Below are positions 32,724 to 46,253 of a stretch of 64,000 nucleotides of DNA, piece after piece. The stretch is from the human T2T-CHM13v2.0 reference genome, Homo sapiens. Each line of letters begins with the position of its first letter. Positions within the stretch are counted from its first letter, which is position 1. The stretch is taken from NCBI RefSeq assembly GCF_009914755.1, contig NC_060928.1, one strand, 5' to 3'. The translations under genes and the position numbers were made by a program. The notes below the pieces were generated by a model. That model was given only the letters and a program-made list of their open reading frames with translations, was not told the DNA's origin and made no database searches.

Positions 32724-33879
32724 TTATTAGTTCTATTTAATTACTGAATTATTGTTTTCAAAATGTAGTACCTCTGTCATAGGTATTAAAAACCCAAAAA
32801 TATAAATTTTTCTTAGAATTTACAATAAATCGATGAGAAAGTCTATTAATAAGCTAGATAAACGCCCAGTTCTAAACATAGCTATCCAGATATAAGTTCC
32901 TACTTTTCTTCTTTAGATATAATGAGATTATTAGGTCCTCAAATCCTAAATTGGAGCCCCTCTTTTTATTATATTATCTTTGAATATGCAATTATAATGT
33001 CATCTGCTAAAAATTGTATCACTTCTTCAAGATTAAATTCAAATTCTACGTTTTTATGAAGCATCACACAATCCACAACCCTCAACAAATAATTACTGTT
33101 ATTTTTATTAATTTTATATAGATGTTTATAAGACTTCTATATATTTTTAAATTAATTTTCATGAATCTATAAATGGGTATTATTTTTAAGCTCACATTGT
33201 AATAAGGGTATGAAATTTCAAAGAGTAATGATGAGCTCAAGATTTCCTACCCAAGAAATAACAGTTTTAGAGTTAGTTCTAATTAATTTGACATTCATCT
33301 TTGCCTGTATATTTCCGAAAAAAAAAGGCCTAGCTTCCCCATCTTTGCTCTACCCCTTCTAGTTCTATGTTATTTTATATACAACGGTTTTTTATGTGGC
33401 TGTTTTCAAAAGTTTGAGATTTATAGATCATACATTTAATATAAACTTTATTCTAATCATTTACTCATTAAACCGGCATTTACTCTTGACTAAGAGTGCA
33501 TGTTGTTAGGACAAACTCCAGCACCATAAGCAACTAGGAGCTCTTAATTGTACTTCTTGCTCTGCAGCTAATAGACTCCAGATAATACACACTACAGGAG
33601 ACAGAATAATTCTCACAGAACCCCAAAACGACAACTAAATAATAAGGGAGAGCTGAATCAGAAGAAGTTTAGAGCAGAGACTAAACTGACCGTGACTAAG
33701 ATCAGGGCTCAAAGCTGTTGCATGTGTGTGTGCCCAAGGTGGAACATGTGAAACTTAGCAAGGATTGTTGGGAAACAGATCTCCAGAGAAAGGGAGGCAA
33801 GATACATTGTCTTAGAAGGAGGAAGCATAATGGAGCATTACAATGTTAGAACTTCTGGAAGCCAGCATGTCAGGGAATT

Positions 33880-35170
33880 TTAGAAAACTCTGATAAAATA
33901 AACAAATTCCTTGAAAATTGCAATGGAGTAAAATTTATATAAGATAAAACAAAATTTTAATAGACCTGTGTTTACTAAAGTAGTTGAATTCATGATTAAA
34001 AACTTTGCCACAGAGACAATTTCAGATTCAGATTTCGCTGGTGAATTTTAACAAATATTTAAGAAAGAAATAATACCTATCTTACACATACTTATTCAGA
34101 AAACAAAGAAAGCAGTAGTATACCTTTTGGCTTGCTTTATGAGGATAGCAAAATCGTAATCCTCTGACTTCGCAGAGACAATAAGATGAAGAAAATTATG
34201 GTCTACTACTGCTATGGATGTAGGTACAAAAATACTTTTAAAATATTGGTAACTGAACCCAAAAACATATTTTAAAAATATTGCACCATGACTAAGGAAG
34301 TCTTATCTCAGTAACACAAGGTTGTTTTTAACAAAGAAAAATAATTTTTAAAAAATCAACACCAATCTCTGTTAAAAACTTTCAGTAAACTGAAAATATC
34401 AAGGAACTTCCTCAATCTAATAAATAACTTACAAAAAATCTACAGCTAACATCATAATTGGTGGTGAAATATTGAACATTTGCTCTTAAGGATACATACT
34501 CCCATTTCATTTTATCATTTTCTTCTGGTCCTAGATCAGGAAGAAAAAAGTAAAGATGTCTCTGTTTGCTAAAAGCATGACTGTTTACATATTAAATCTA
34601 AGAAATATACCAACAGCAACTAGAAATAACAACTCAGCATAATGGCGGAATACAAGCTTAATATATAATAATTTTCTTTTCAAATATTAACATCAAACAG
34701 AAAAAATTAAATTAAATTAAAAAACATTTTATTTACAATTGTGCCAAAACTCGTAATTCTGTTAGCCATAAATTAAGCACAAGGTGAGCAAAATCTGTAT
34801 AATGAAAAAAAAAATCCCATAGATATGAGAAATCAAAGAAAATCTAAAACAATGATGAGTCATTCCATATAAATGGTTAAGAAGATCTAATATTGTTGAA
34901 AAATCAATTTTCACTAATGAACCATAGATTCAATAAAATCCCAGTCACAATTCCAGGAGCTTTCATTGTTTTTTTGGTAGTAATCAACAAGCTATTTCCA
35001 AAATTTCCATGGAAATGTAAAGGATCTAGATAACTCAATCTTGGTGAGAAAAAAACAAAAACAAAATTGAGGACTTATATCTCAAGGTGAATATAGATTT
35101 GCACCAATCAAGCCAGTGTGACATTGAAATGAGGGAAGACATATAGATCAATGGAACAAGCTAGAAAGTC
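33880..35170 (+). mobile_element. Old L1M ORF2 fragment
   Basis: Degenerate ORF2 motifs (aacaaattccttgaaa, ctacagctaacatcata, tagattcaataaaatccc, atatagatcaatggaac). Confidence 0.75.
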
Positions 35171-38016
35171 AAAGTGATAAGCAAAACAACAACAAAATGA
35201 TACAGTTTTAAAATATATTTTAATATTCATAACTAAGCCTATTCTCAAACATTTGGAAATTTTGTATGAAAATATTTTGTCATTTTTTGGTTATAACTGT
35301 TTCCTCTTCTTTATGAAGAATTATTTAACATTAACAATTTTAATTATATTTATAGTAAATATTTCTCAAAGTGCATCTTAATTTTCCTTCTGGTATTTTT
35401 TTATATAAAGTTGTTTTTATTTTATTATATTCATACTCCATGAAATAAACCAGGAGCTGTCTCAACAGCCTTTTGTTTGTTTGGACTCTTTCTGGTTTTA
35501 GATCTTTTTCTTCTTTTTGTTTTATTTTTAACTTAATCTATAAACATAATTATTAATTATGCTGCATGGCAGAGTGATCCTCATGAGACATCATTCAAAT
35601 TTTATTTCCCCCTTGCTATTCCTCCTTTAATAGGACTTCTATTTTAAAATGGTACCAGCCTAAGTGCATGTAAGGTTGTCTTTTCTAATTTTTCAATTAA
35701 TCACATAAGACAATACAGACATACCAAAAAAATACAAAAATATCACTAAGAAAGTTCAACTATTGTCTGAGCTCAAATCCAACAGAAAACAACTCTGAAT
35801 TAATATAAAATGAAGTAATTTCTACCCAAATTGTTTAAATCAACTTTGAAAAAATAGAATACTCCATTTCAACTACAGTGTTATTGTGCCTTGTACCATT
35901 TTTGTGACAATGAATTTTTTAAAGTCTTTTCAGGTACAGATAAACTTTTATTTTATTCCTTTGCTATTTATCAACATTTATTTCAACTTTGAGATAAATT
36001 AATATGTAATAATAAACACACTTACAGAACAGATGGCTAGGTTCATGATGAATACATTGAATTACTATTTCTGAATTGCGTTTACCTGTATATAAGAAAA
36101 GGCATTAGCAAACTCTTTATCATTTGTATTGTCACTCTGATTTTTGATACCTTGGAATGCAATTTAAAGTATGCTATTACAGACATTTCCATTTTTAATT
36201 GGTCATATTGTAAATTTATGTTTTGTTCTTTTTATGAGATAATTTTCATTCTCTTATTCCCGTAGTTTATATATTTGATATCATATGTTTAAACAGAAAG
36301 TTTTTTTTAATTTCTAAGAGATGGTTCTACCTTTTCTATTTAGTATTTGTTTGAAATAGCAGGGTTAAATATTTCAAGTAACGAAACTAACTATGTCATG
36401 TAAGCATTTATTCACAGGTCAAGTGATACTAAGCAATTTGCTGTACAGACTTTGAAACAGATGAACCACATTAATAGAAGCCACAATGTGTATATAACAC
36501 CACAGACATGTTGTATTTTTAATACTGTAATGCTTTCTCACTTGTTTTTTAAAAAGCACATGAAGGACTACTTGAAAGCTATTGTCTTCTGCATGCGACT
36601 TTATTAATTTTTCAGGTGAATATTTTCAGATTTGTTTGACTTAAGAATGGATTAAAATGAAAATGTGAGCACAGAACCTTACTGAGTATGCTGTGCTGAA
36701 ACATGTTCCTTAAGCATATTTGTCAGCTGGGAGCACCTGACAAGTTCTAATAAGAAATGTTTTACTCCATTAAAAAATAACAGTGCACCTGTCACTAATA
36801 CAGAAAAATATGTATTTGCATACATTAAAAATTCATCTGTAATTATTTCTGACATTTCTGAGTTTTCTTTTTCCATAATGGGATTTTATTTAAAACTTTT
36901 TGAACTTTATATTTATGTAATATTCTAAAACTAGCACATTGTTAATGAAAGACTTTCATTTTAACTTATTTGATTTGTTATTTATTCTAATTTTATCCTT
37001 TCTATGACTAGCATCAAGAATTGTTACAACCCACTTGGAATATGTTTGCACACCATATAGTTCACTGCATTCATTTGTACAAGTGCCAGCTGGCCAGCAA
37101 CATTTTAATTCCCTTATTTTTCTTTTCTCTCTTCTTTTTTAGCTTTATTGAGCCCTCTGCTTCATTTTCTCATCATTTCTCCATTAACCTACATTTAACT
37201 CCAGTAACAGATCATATCCATCATTTTGTATGTGGTACCAATTTTCCGCATGTGAATAAGCCAAAATACATTCTTCAAAGCTAAAGCAAGTATTTGCTGC
37301 AATCATCACCAAATCACATACAAATTTATGGATAGAAACAAATATTTTTGCAAAGTAATGAATATGGAAACATCAAATATAATTTTATGTCATACATTGT
37401 ATAGATTTGGAATTACTGTAATTATATCATCATTTCTGTTTACATTTAAGTCACCATTCATTTATGAGAATAAAGTAAATCTGGCTGTGACAGAAAGCTA
37501 GATCTTAAATTAGAAATTAAGATTTTCAGCACAATATTTTATTTAACACTGTTAAAAATAGACAGACATTTTGCTTTTGCTGTCAGTCGTGGGAAATTTA
37601 AATGAAAAAAAAATTATCCTCATTTAGATATGCCCTTTTCCCCCTTGTAATCATAAAACACATGCCCACACTTAGAAACAACTACACAATCTTTGTAATT
37701 CATAGTACTCATAATCCCTACTCATGATGCTAGCTCAGGTCTTCATGAAGTTTAGTCTATTTCAAGCTTTATTTCTTAGGATGTTTTGGGAATGGCTTGG
37801 ATATGTTATCATTGGAGTAAAGGCCTTTTTAGTGTTCTATTTCCTGCAGGAGCAATTAAATCAGGTGAGAGATTGTGGATCCACTTTATATGAGGTTTCT
37901 GTATGGTATTCTTATTTGGCTTTATTATTCTTTTTTCTTCCTTGCTTATAGAATCTCCATTTCATTCAGATAAAAACTGCCTTGATGAAGGGGATGAATG
38001 ACAATCAGGTTTAACT

Positions 38017-38170
38017 GGTGGATGTCAAACTGAGGTGCACATTACAGTCACCTGAGGAAGTTTTGTGACATCCTGATACCCTGGAGATTTTGAAGTAACT
38101 GGTTTGGAAAGGCAGCCTGTATTAGTGTTTTTAAAGAGTTACAATTATTTTAATTGTTTAATGCTTAAGC
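38017..38170. mobile_element. MER5-like hAT fragment
   Basis: gtgcacattacagtcacctgagga...gagattttga...ggtttggaa resembles MER5. Confidence 0.5.
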
Positions 38171-38189
38171 CAATATAACTTCTTTTAGG

Positions 38190-38560
38190 AGAGAGGTTGC
38201 ATAGCCAATACCCCAACTTAAAGGGAAACTATTTCTTTTCTGATGAAATGCAAAGTTGAGGCCAGGAGAAAGCCTTTTTTTTCTCTAGCTCCCTTCCCCG
38301 TTCTTCCCTTCAACCTTTGTTTCTTTGTTTTGAGAATGCTGAAGAATGATAATGTAATGTTTGAAACTGTAGCAGCCATTTCATAACCTTGAAAGGTGAT
38401 ATTGCCACCAGGCTGAAGTTGAAAGATTAGAAGTGAAGGAACTGAAATCTTGAAGATACTAAATTGCTAAATCAATCCTGAGAATTCCTTAATATATAAA
38501 GCATAAGTGTCCTCTGAAGGTAAGTTCTCTAATATTTGCTACTAAACATATTTTAACTGA
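38190..38560 (+). mobile_element. Old MLT1-like LTR fragment
   Basis: gcagccattt..., gaaagatt.gaag.gaactg and terminal ttaactgat motifs. Confidence 0.45.
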
Positions 38561-41358
38561 TTCCATTATTGATATGATAACTCAATATTTAGTACTTAAT
38601 TCAGATAAATTAGAACAAATTAAGTTTTTTAAGTGCTGTATTTAAACTATAACAATCTTTTATTCCTTCCATTGATTCATTCCTCAATACACAAGTCTTT
38701 TGGTCTGGTACAGACTTACTGCTGTGCATTTTGACCAAGATCATTAGTTAGAATATGTGTATTGTGTGCTAATAATATAGTTGCAGTTATATTTGGCCCA
38801 CTCTGTCTCATATATTTTAAAACTAATGCCTAGTTTTATACTTTGGACAAATGGGTTTCTAACCACATTCCAGAATTATGCTATGTATTCTTAATTTAGT
38901 TATTAAAATATATTCATTGAGAACCATCAATATAATAAGTCTGTTTAACAAAGTGTATAAATGAATGAGATTTGGAATACATCTTGTTTTCAAATCCAAT
39001 CCATTACTCTTATTGATTATTTAAAGCACTCTGATAAAGAGATCTACATATCAACTTTCTAAGGATAGTAAAAAAAGTTAAGAGAGGTTGAATAATAGAT
39101 ACAAATGTAGGAAGGGTATAGAATGAGGCAGTACGGAATATTGTATTACTTAGAACTCTTTCTCCCAAGTCTCACACAAAGGGGAAGTGATTCAAAATAC
39201 TGACAAATGTATGTGTAACTTTTTCTCAACGAATAATTTTTTTATTTCATAAATAATGTTCATTATATGCTAAATACTGTTTAAAACACTGAGCACAAAA
39301 ATGAAGAACAAAGTTAACATGATTCAATCTCTCATGAAGCTTCAGTCAAATGAGAAAGACTAATGTTAGCCGTATAGATTAATCATAGATCAATCAATAA
39401 TTGAAATCATATTGTTTCATATGAAGAAATGAAATTCTTCCAAATATATTTGATATTAAGTCATGTAACTAAGATTAGAATTCTCCTCTACTTTTAGCTA
39501 AGTATCTTTTCCAAAGCAAAATAAATGGGACCAGGATATAAACCCAACTTAGTAAATTTGCAGAATTGTATTCTTTTATATCCTAACCTTTTTTCTAAAG
39601 GTAAATAAAGCCAGGAGATATGGACAGTAAAATATAACATTACCATAGATTTACAAATGTGAATAGATTTTATATATTTTACCTTTACAATACTTTTCAG
39701 TCTAACAGATGGTACCACCTCCATAAAATGCTAGCATCAACAGAGAAATTAATGTGCTTAATTAACATTAATTTATCTGGCATGAAAAAACGGGGTATTT
39801 TTATACCAGGGTTATTTAAATTTTATATAAAACACAGAGATGGAAAATCTTCATGTATACATTATAGAGAATATATGATTATGCATATATATTTATATGC
39901 TTATATAGTATACATAAAATACTACCCAGTGCATAATTTTAACACAGAAAGTGGCTTTACAGCCTGGTATTCCAAGAATGCTTTGGTATAAAAATCATTA
40001 TCTTGGCTGACAGTTTTACCAGATCTTCTAATAAGGATCTTCTTCACTTGCCCTAACAGGCCACTTTCGTTTCCCAAGAACTTTCTTTTAGAGACTCTTG
40101 AATGTGTATCTGCCTTGAAAGGATGGCCTATCCACATTGCCACTTTCTCCTTTTATGTTCAATATTTAGAATTCAGCTCAGGTCCAAACCAAAGAAGCAA
40201 TTCTACCTCACAAGTGCTGCAGCTGGTTTTCTCCAGTGCTACTCCATTCATAGCAAAGGAAGGAGTGGCAGACCCATGCAAGATTAGTTTAAAACAAAAA
40301 TTAATACTGCTTCCTCATCCCATAAACTCTTGAGCTAGACTCTCCAGGGACAAAAGAGGAAAGACTCAAACAGACAAAACTTGGTTACCACTGATAATAA
40401 TCCTCAGAGATGTGTTCCCGGTTATTTGGACTTTTGCCATGAATACATCACTAAAAGTTGGAAGTAGCATGGTTTCCTCCAGCCATCTGGTTTAACTGAA
40501 AAACATAAATATTGGTTTTCTTATCCATGTATTATTGCTTAGTTATGACTTGAATTATGTTCTTAAATACTGAAAAGTATCTGAAAATTGTGTATAAATT
40601 CAACATAAGCAACAAAGTAAATCATCCTTATTATACTTATTAATATATTATACCAATAAACTAATGGTGGATTTTATCAAAATTTTAGTGATTTGAATTA
40701 TTTGGATTCATCTCATATTCTGGTTTTTCTTTTTTTATAGACTCATAGTAGACAATCAGAAAAATCAAAATTCAAACAGAAATTTGTTTAACTTAATGCA
40801 AATATATATTATTTTAAAATATATGTGGTTAGCCATTCTAAATTAAAAAATGGCTAGTACGAAATGCAATCTAAAAAATATAAAATTCCATTAATATAAG
40901 ATAAAAATTTGGCTGATATGTATATATTTTTTCGTGTGTAAATTTGTTATTTCATAAATAATATCTATTTTATGCTAGATGCTGTTTAAAACACTGAAGA
41001 CAAAAAATGATGAACAAAGTTCACGATTACATCTCTCATGAAGCTTTAGTCAAGTGACAAAGACTAATGTTAACCACATAGATGAATCATTAAATGAACA
41101 AAACTATTATACAATTCTCCACCAAATTGAAAATAACACAAGTATAATTTTAAAATATTTTAATTTAATATTTTGTGGGTATGTTGACACATATGATATC
41201 TTCTTACTACTCTGGGTAAGGTTACACGTGAGATCCAAATATATTCCACATTTTATCATTACAAAGAAAGCAGACAAATACAAACTTATGTGAAACAAAA
41301 AGTTTAATCTAGATTTTTAAATTAAGTATTAGAAAAACTGAAATTCTATGTGATATTA

Positions 41359-41511
<153 letters not shown>

Positions 41512-42146
41512 TTAATGTTACTATAATAAGTATTTGATATTTTAATATAGGCAATTTAAATTTTAAACATCACCTTCAAGATTCTAAATAATAAATTGCA
41601 ATAATTTTAAATTAAAAAAATCAAAGTACAAAATAAAAATGCTTCACATCAAAACCTATCCTAGATGAATTATTATATTATATTTCTTTCATTTTCTGTG
41701 GCCACAAGATTTATTCAGTCTTTATTATGCACCAGACACATTGTTAGTCCATAGTGATAGAAATAAAACATGATCTCTATCCTGCAAGTGAGGAGGTACA
41801 TTTATCTGAGAACTATAGAGACTAAAAGGCTTTCTCACATTTACATAGCTATTAAATGTCAGTAACTAATTTTAAATTAGTTAAAATTTAAGTAATTCGT
41901 TAAATTAGTTATCTAATAAATTAGTTAAAATTTAATTAAATTTAGTTAAGCCATATGTTTCTCTTTCAAAAGCATTTACTTGTTATTTCATCTTACACCC
42001 CCTCTGAGTAGTAAATAAAATATTTTAAAAAAGGAAGTGGAAGAATAAAACGTCCATGAAGTAGCAGAATACTATTACCATTAGAATACAAAAATAACTA
42101 GCAAGAAAAAAAAAAAAGCATAAAGCCATAAAATAATAAAAGAAAA

Positions 42147-42502
42147 TGTTATTCATTTGCCATGGCTGGCATAACATAGTATCAACAACTGGATGACTTA
42201 AAAAGCAAAAGTTTATTTTCACACAATCCTGAAGACTTGAAGTCTATGATTAAGATGTAAGCAGGGATAGTTTCTTCTGAATTCTCCTTGTCTTGCAAAT
42301 GGCCTTCTTTTCTCTCAGTCTTCACAAGGTCTCTCCTCTGTGTGTGTCTGTGTCCTTATGTTCTTTTCTTAAAAGGACACCAGTCATTTCAATTAGGGCA
42401 CACCTCAATGATCTCATTTAACTTTAATTGCCTCTTTAAAAGTCCTATCTCTAAATAAAGTCACATTCTGAGGTACTGGGGTTTAGATTTCAGCTCATAA
42501 CA
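42147..42502 (-). mobile_element. MLT1A-like LTR
   Basis: aaggacaccagtcat...gtcacattctgaggtactggg...cataaca matches MLT1A antisense. Confidence 0.85.
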
Positions 42503-45425
42503 GAAGATAAGCTCTTTTTTAAAATTAAAACTTGTGTAACATAACTAAAAATTTAAATCTAACTAAAGATTATCATATGTGTTTAAATCTTTATATACAT
42601 ATAATCATGGTCACAATAGAGTCTACATAATAACCATAACTTTTATGTTCCACCTTTATGTCCTAGGCATTTTGCCATTTTACACATGCTTAAAACAATT
42701 CTAGGATCAGTTTTGTTATTATTCAGAATTTTTTGATATGGAAATGTTACAGATTTTTGCAACTTTCACAAAGTAATGTAAATAATAAGGAAAGCAGCCA
42801 AAGTGTATATCAGCTGTTCTGTCTGACTCCAAGTCCCAGTGTTTATTTACTGCAGCATAAGGCCTTTTGGTAACTCATTATACCATATCTTGGTTGTTTT
42901 GAATTGGAGTATTGGGAAATAAAGTTTAACATATAACATATTTTATACGTCTGGTTTACTAAAATATTTTCAAGTACTCTCATAAAATAAAAAAAAAAAT
43001 TATTTTGCTCTATCATGGAAATATTTGCTTTCACCATTAATTGTACAACATGATAGCAAAGATGAATTCATTAAGTCATATCCTACATAAACCACTGCGA
43101 TATTTTGCTCTCCCGGAATCTGTGTGACTAATACAAATACATAGCCTAAGTAAAGATAAAACTTTTCACACACATACACATTTTATATAATTCTCTTCCA
43201 TATGGACAAAAAAGCAAGTATTTACAAAATTGGGAAATTTTTTTGATATGAATCATTTGAATGCTGGCTCCATTTTTGTCACATAACTTATTTAAACTGA
43301 TAGTGTGAATCATACCACAAAAAATGTAATTTGACTCTTTGAACCATAGACTTGTGTTTTTTCTTTTAGTTCTATAGGAAATAAAAAGATGAACTTGAAA
43401 ATTAATTTTTTAAATATATTATTTTGCAATATAAGATAGAGAAAGTGTAACAGAAAGGATATTTCCCTTTTGTCTGACATTATTATATGTTAAGATCCAG
43501 GTAAACACTTTAGTATTGACTTTCTGTTTGGTGAGGGCTAGTCTCATTTTTATCTTGTCTTAATGTTTTTAAACAAGTATAAAACACAGGTAATTACCTT
43601 TTAATGTGGAAGACATTTTCAATTTTTCATACTCAAGGCCACTTTGCAAAAGTGAATAGTGCTACATGGTATAGAATATTTAAATAAATCATAATTCTTT
43701 GCCTTTAGAAATATGAAGAGCAACTTTAGTAACCAAATTAGATGTCACATTGTGCTAAATATGCAAGAAAAAAAATCTATGTGCAGATGGTGAAAATCAA
43801 ATTTATTTTCAACTTCACAAGCCATGTCTATATGATGAAAAATATCGGTTCAACAAATTATCCATCTGCCGTATTCAACCATCTTAAAACCAAATAAATC
43901 AAATGTAAATATCATGTGGCTAAATGTACAGAAATGTTTTGACTTTTAAAAAGTTTCTAAATCATAGGTATAACTCCATATTGCAATTCCTTGGTGTGAC
44001 CACTGTTATAGTCACTATGAAGATCAATATGAAATTAAGGTATTTTCAAATTAATCTTTTAAAAATAAAGTCATTAAATAAAGATGAAGGAAAATACTTA
44101 GCCCAGTGAAATAAATAAATATTCCACTTATTTTCTTTCTGAATTAATTTTCTAAAACAAAAATCAAACGAAAAACTTTATGTCCACTTTTACCTTATAA
44201 AATAGATGTGACTTTTTTTCTATCTATGAAGTCACGAGAATAGTTTTGTGGTACACATTTTTAAGCTCACACATATGCGAAACTGTTACCCATTAAAAAA
44301 TCGAGAAAGATAATATAAAATATTTGCATATTAAAATAATTTGGGGTAAAATAATATATTTACTAAGTGTTTTAGCATTTGCATATTTCTGTACCTATCA
44401 TGGGAATGAGGCTCAACTCTGGAGGTAAGTTGTTGGGTTATCTTTGGCAAATTAACAAAAACAGTGTTTCTGTCCTTTCCCTTCCCAAGTAAAATTATTA
44501 GACATATTGATCTCAAGGCCTCTTTTTGTTTGAAAAGTTTTACATCCCATAAAATTATATATGATACATTATACCCATGTTAAATTGAAATAGCTGCAAA
44601 TTTATAACAAATATAATAATGTCATACAACTTGACATTTAAGTATATTTCAAATTTTGAAAAGCATGCTTATTTAACTCTTTCTTTACATAATGATTATT
44701 TTATTTGAATAATAAATTCATTGTATCTACGTTCAATTTTTGGTTTGCCCAAAGTATAAGTGTATTTTTGTTATACTTATTAAAGTATAATTGAGGAAGC
44801 TCCACATTCAATTAAAGCAAAGGAAAAAGTTATAGTGCTAGCAATAATTTATGTCAGATGACATAATAATGTTATCCTTAGCTAAAGCGTCAGCTCTAAA
44901 TAACTGTGATAAAATTTTCAAATTCAGTTGCAGTTTGATTTTCTCCTTCTTCCTCATAACATAAATAAAAATGCCAAATATCTAAACATTTTAGAATATT
45001 CTCTGTAACAATAAAATTATAAAAATATCAATATATAATATAATAACCAATTTAAAACAGCAAAATGTGTTCATTTTAAGTATATGTTAACTAGGAACAT
45101 AGATAATGATATACAATCAATTAAATAGTATTAATGTAATAGAACTTAATCATATTAACTTTCCAAAAAATAAATGTGTAAGCATTTTCAAATAATAAAA
45201 CAATAAGAATCTTGTTTTCTAATAGCAAGTAGAAAAATATTTGCAAATAGAGAATCTCTCAGATACACACATGACTTAATGCCCATCAGTCACAGCTATT
45301 GCCAGTGGACATTTGAAGTTGTTATCATATTGTGATAACCACACAATGAAAGTTATGTTAATTTTGTAAACTCAAAACAAAAATTACACTTATGTTAATG
45401 ACATAAAATCATAAAAACAGTTTAA

Positions 45426-45530
45426 GGCCAGGCACAGTGGCTCACACCTATAATCCCAGCATTTTGGAAAGCAGAGGCAGGAGGATTGCTTGAGGCCAAG
45501 AGTTCATGACCAGCCTGGGGAACAGAAGAA
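45426..45530 (+). mobile_element. FLAM/AluJ left-monomer fragment
   Basis: ggccaggcacagtggctcac...ggaggattgcttgaggccaagagttc. Confidence 0.85.
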
Positions 45531-45534
45531 TTAA

Positions 45535-45800
45535 ATAAAAATTATGCTGAATGTAAGAACCATACAAAGCATCCTGTATGAATCATTTTTAAAATAAATT
45601 CTGGAAGAGGAAAAAATAATCTATACTGAATCAAATCAGATCAGTTGTTTCCTGGATTATACATTATGTAATTATGGTAGTTGAATTGTAAAAAGAAACA
45701 TAAGGAAATTTTCTGGTAGGTGGAAGTTTTCTAGGTCTTGATTGGGGTGGTAGTTACGTAAGTGTACACTCTTGTCAAAAATTATCCACTATACACTCAT
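45535..45800 (+). mobile_element. L1ME 3' end fragment
   Basis: attatgctgaat..aatcagatcagttgtttcctgg..tcttgattggggtggtagttac motifs. Confidence 0.65.
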
Positions 45801-45948
45801 TTTTAAGGAAAGGGCTTGAATATTTGAAAAATCCTATATCATAGCAATATATTTTTATATTTCCTGGAGACACAACATGTTAATTCATGTGACTATGATT
45901 ATAACTTTATTATTTAATCAAATAAGAAAAAAATTCAAAGTAGAAGTC

Positions 45949-46253
<305 letters not shown>

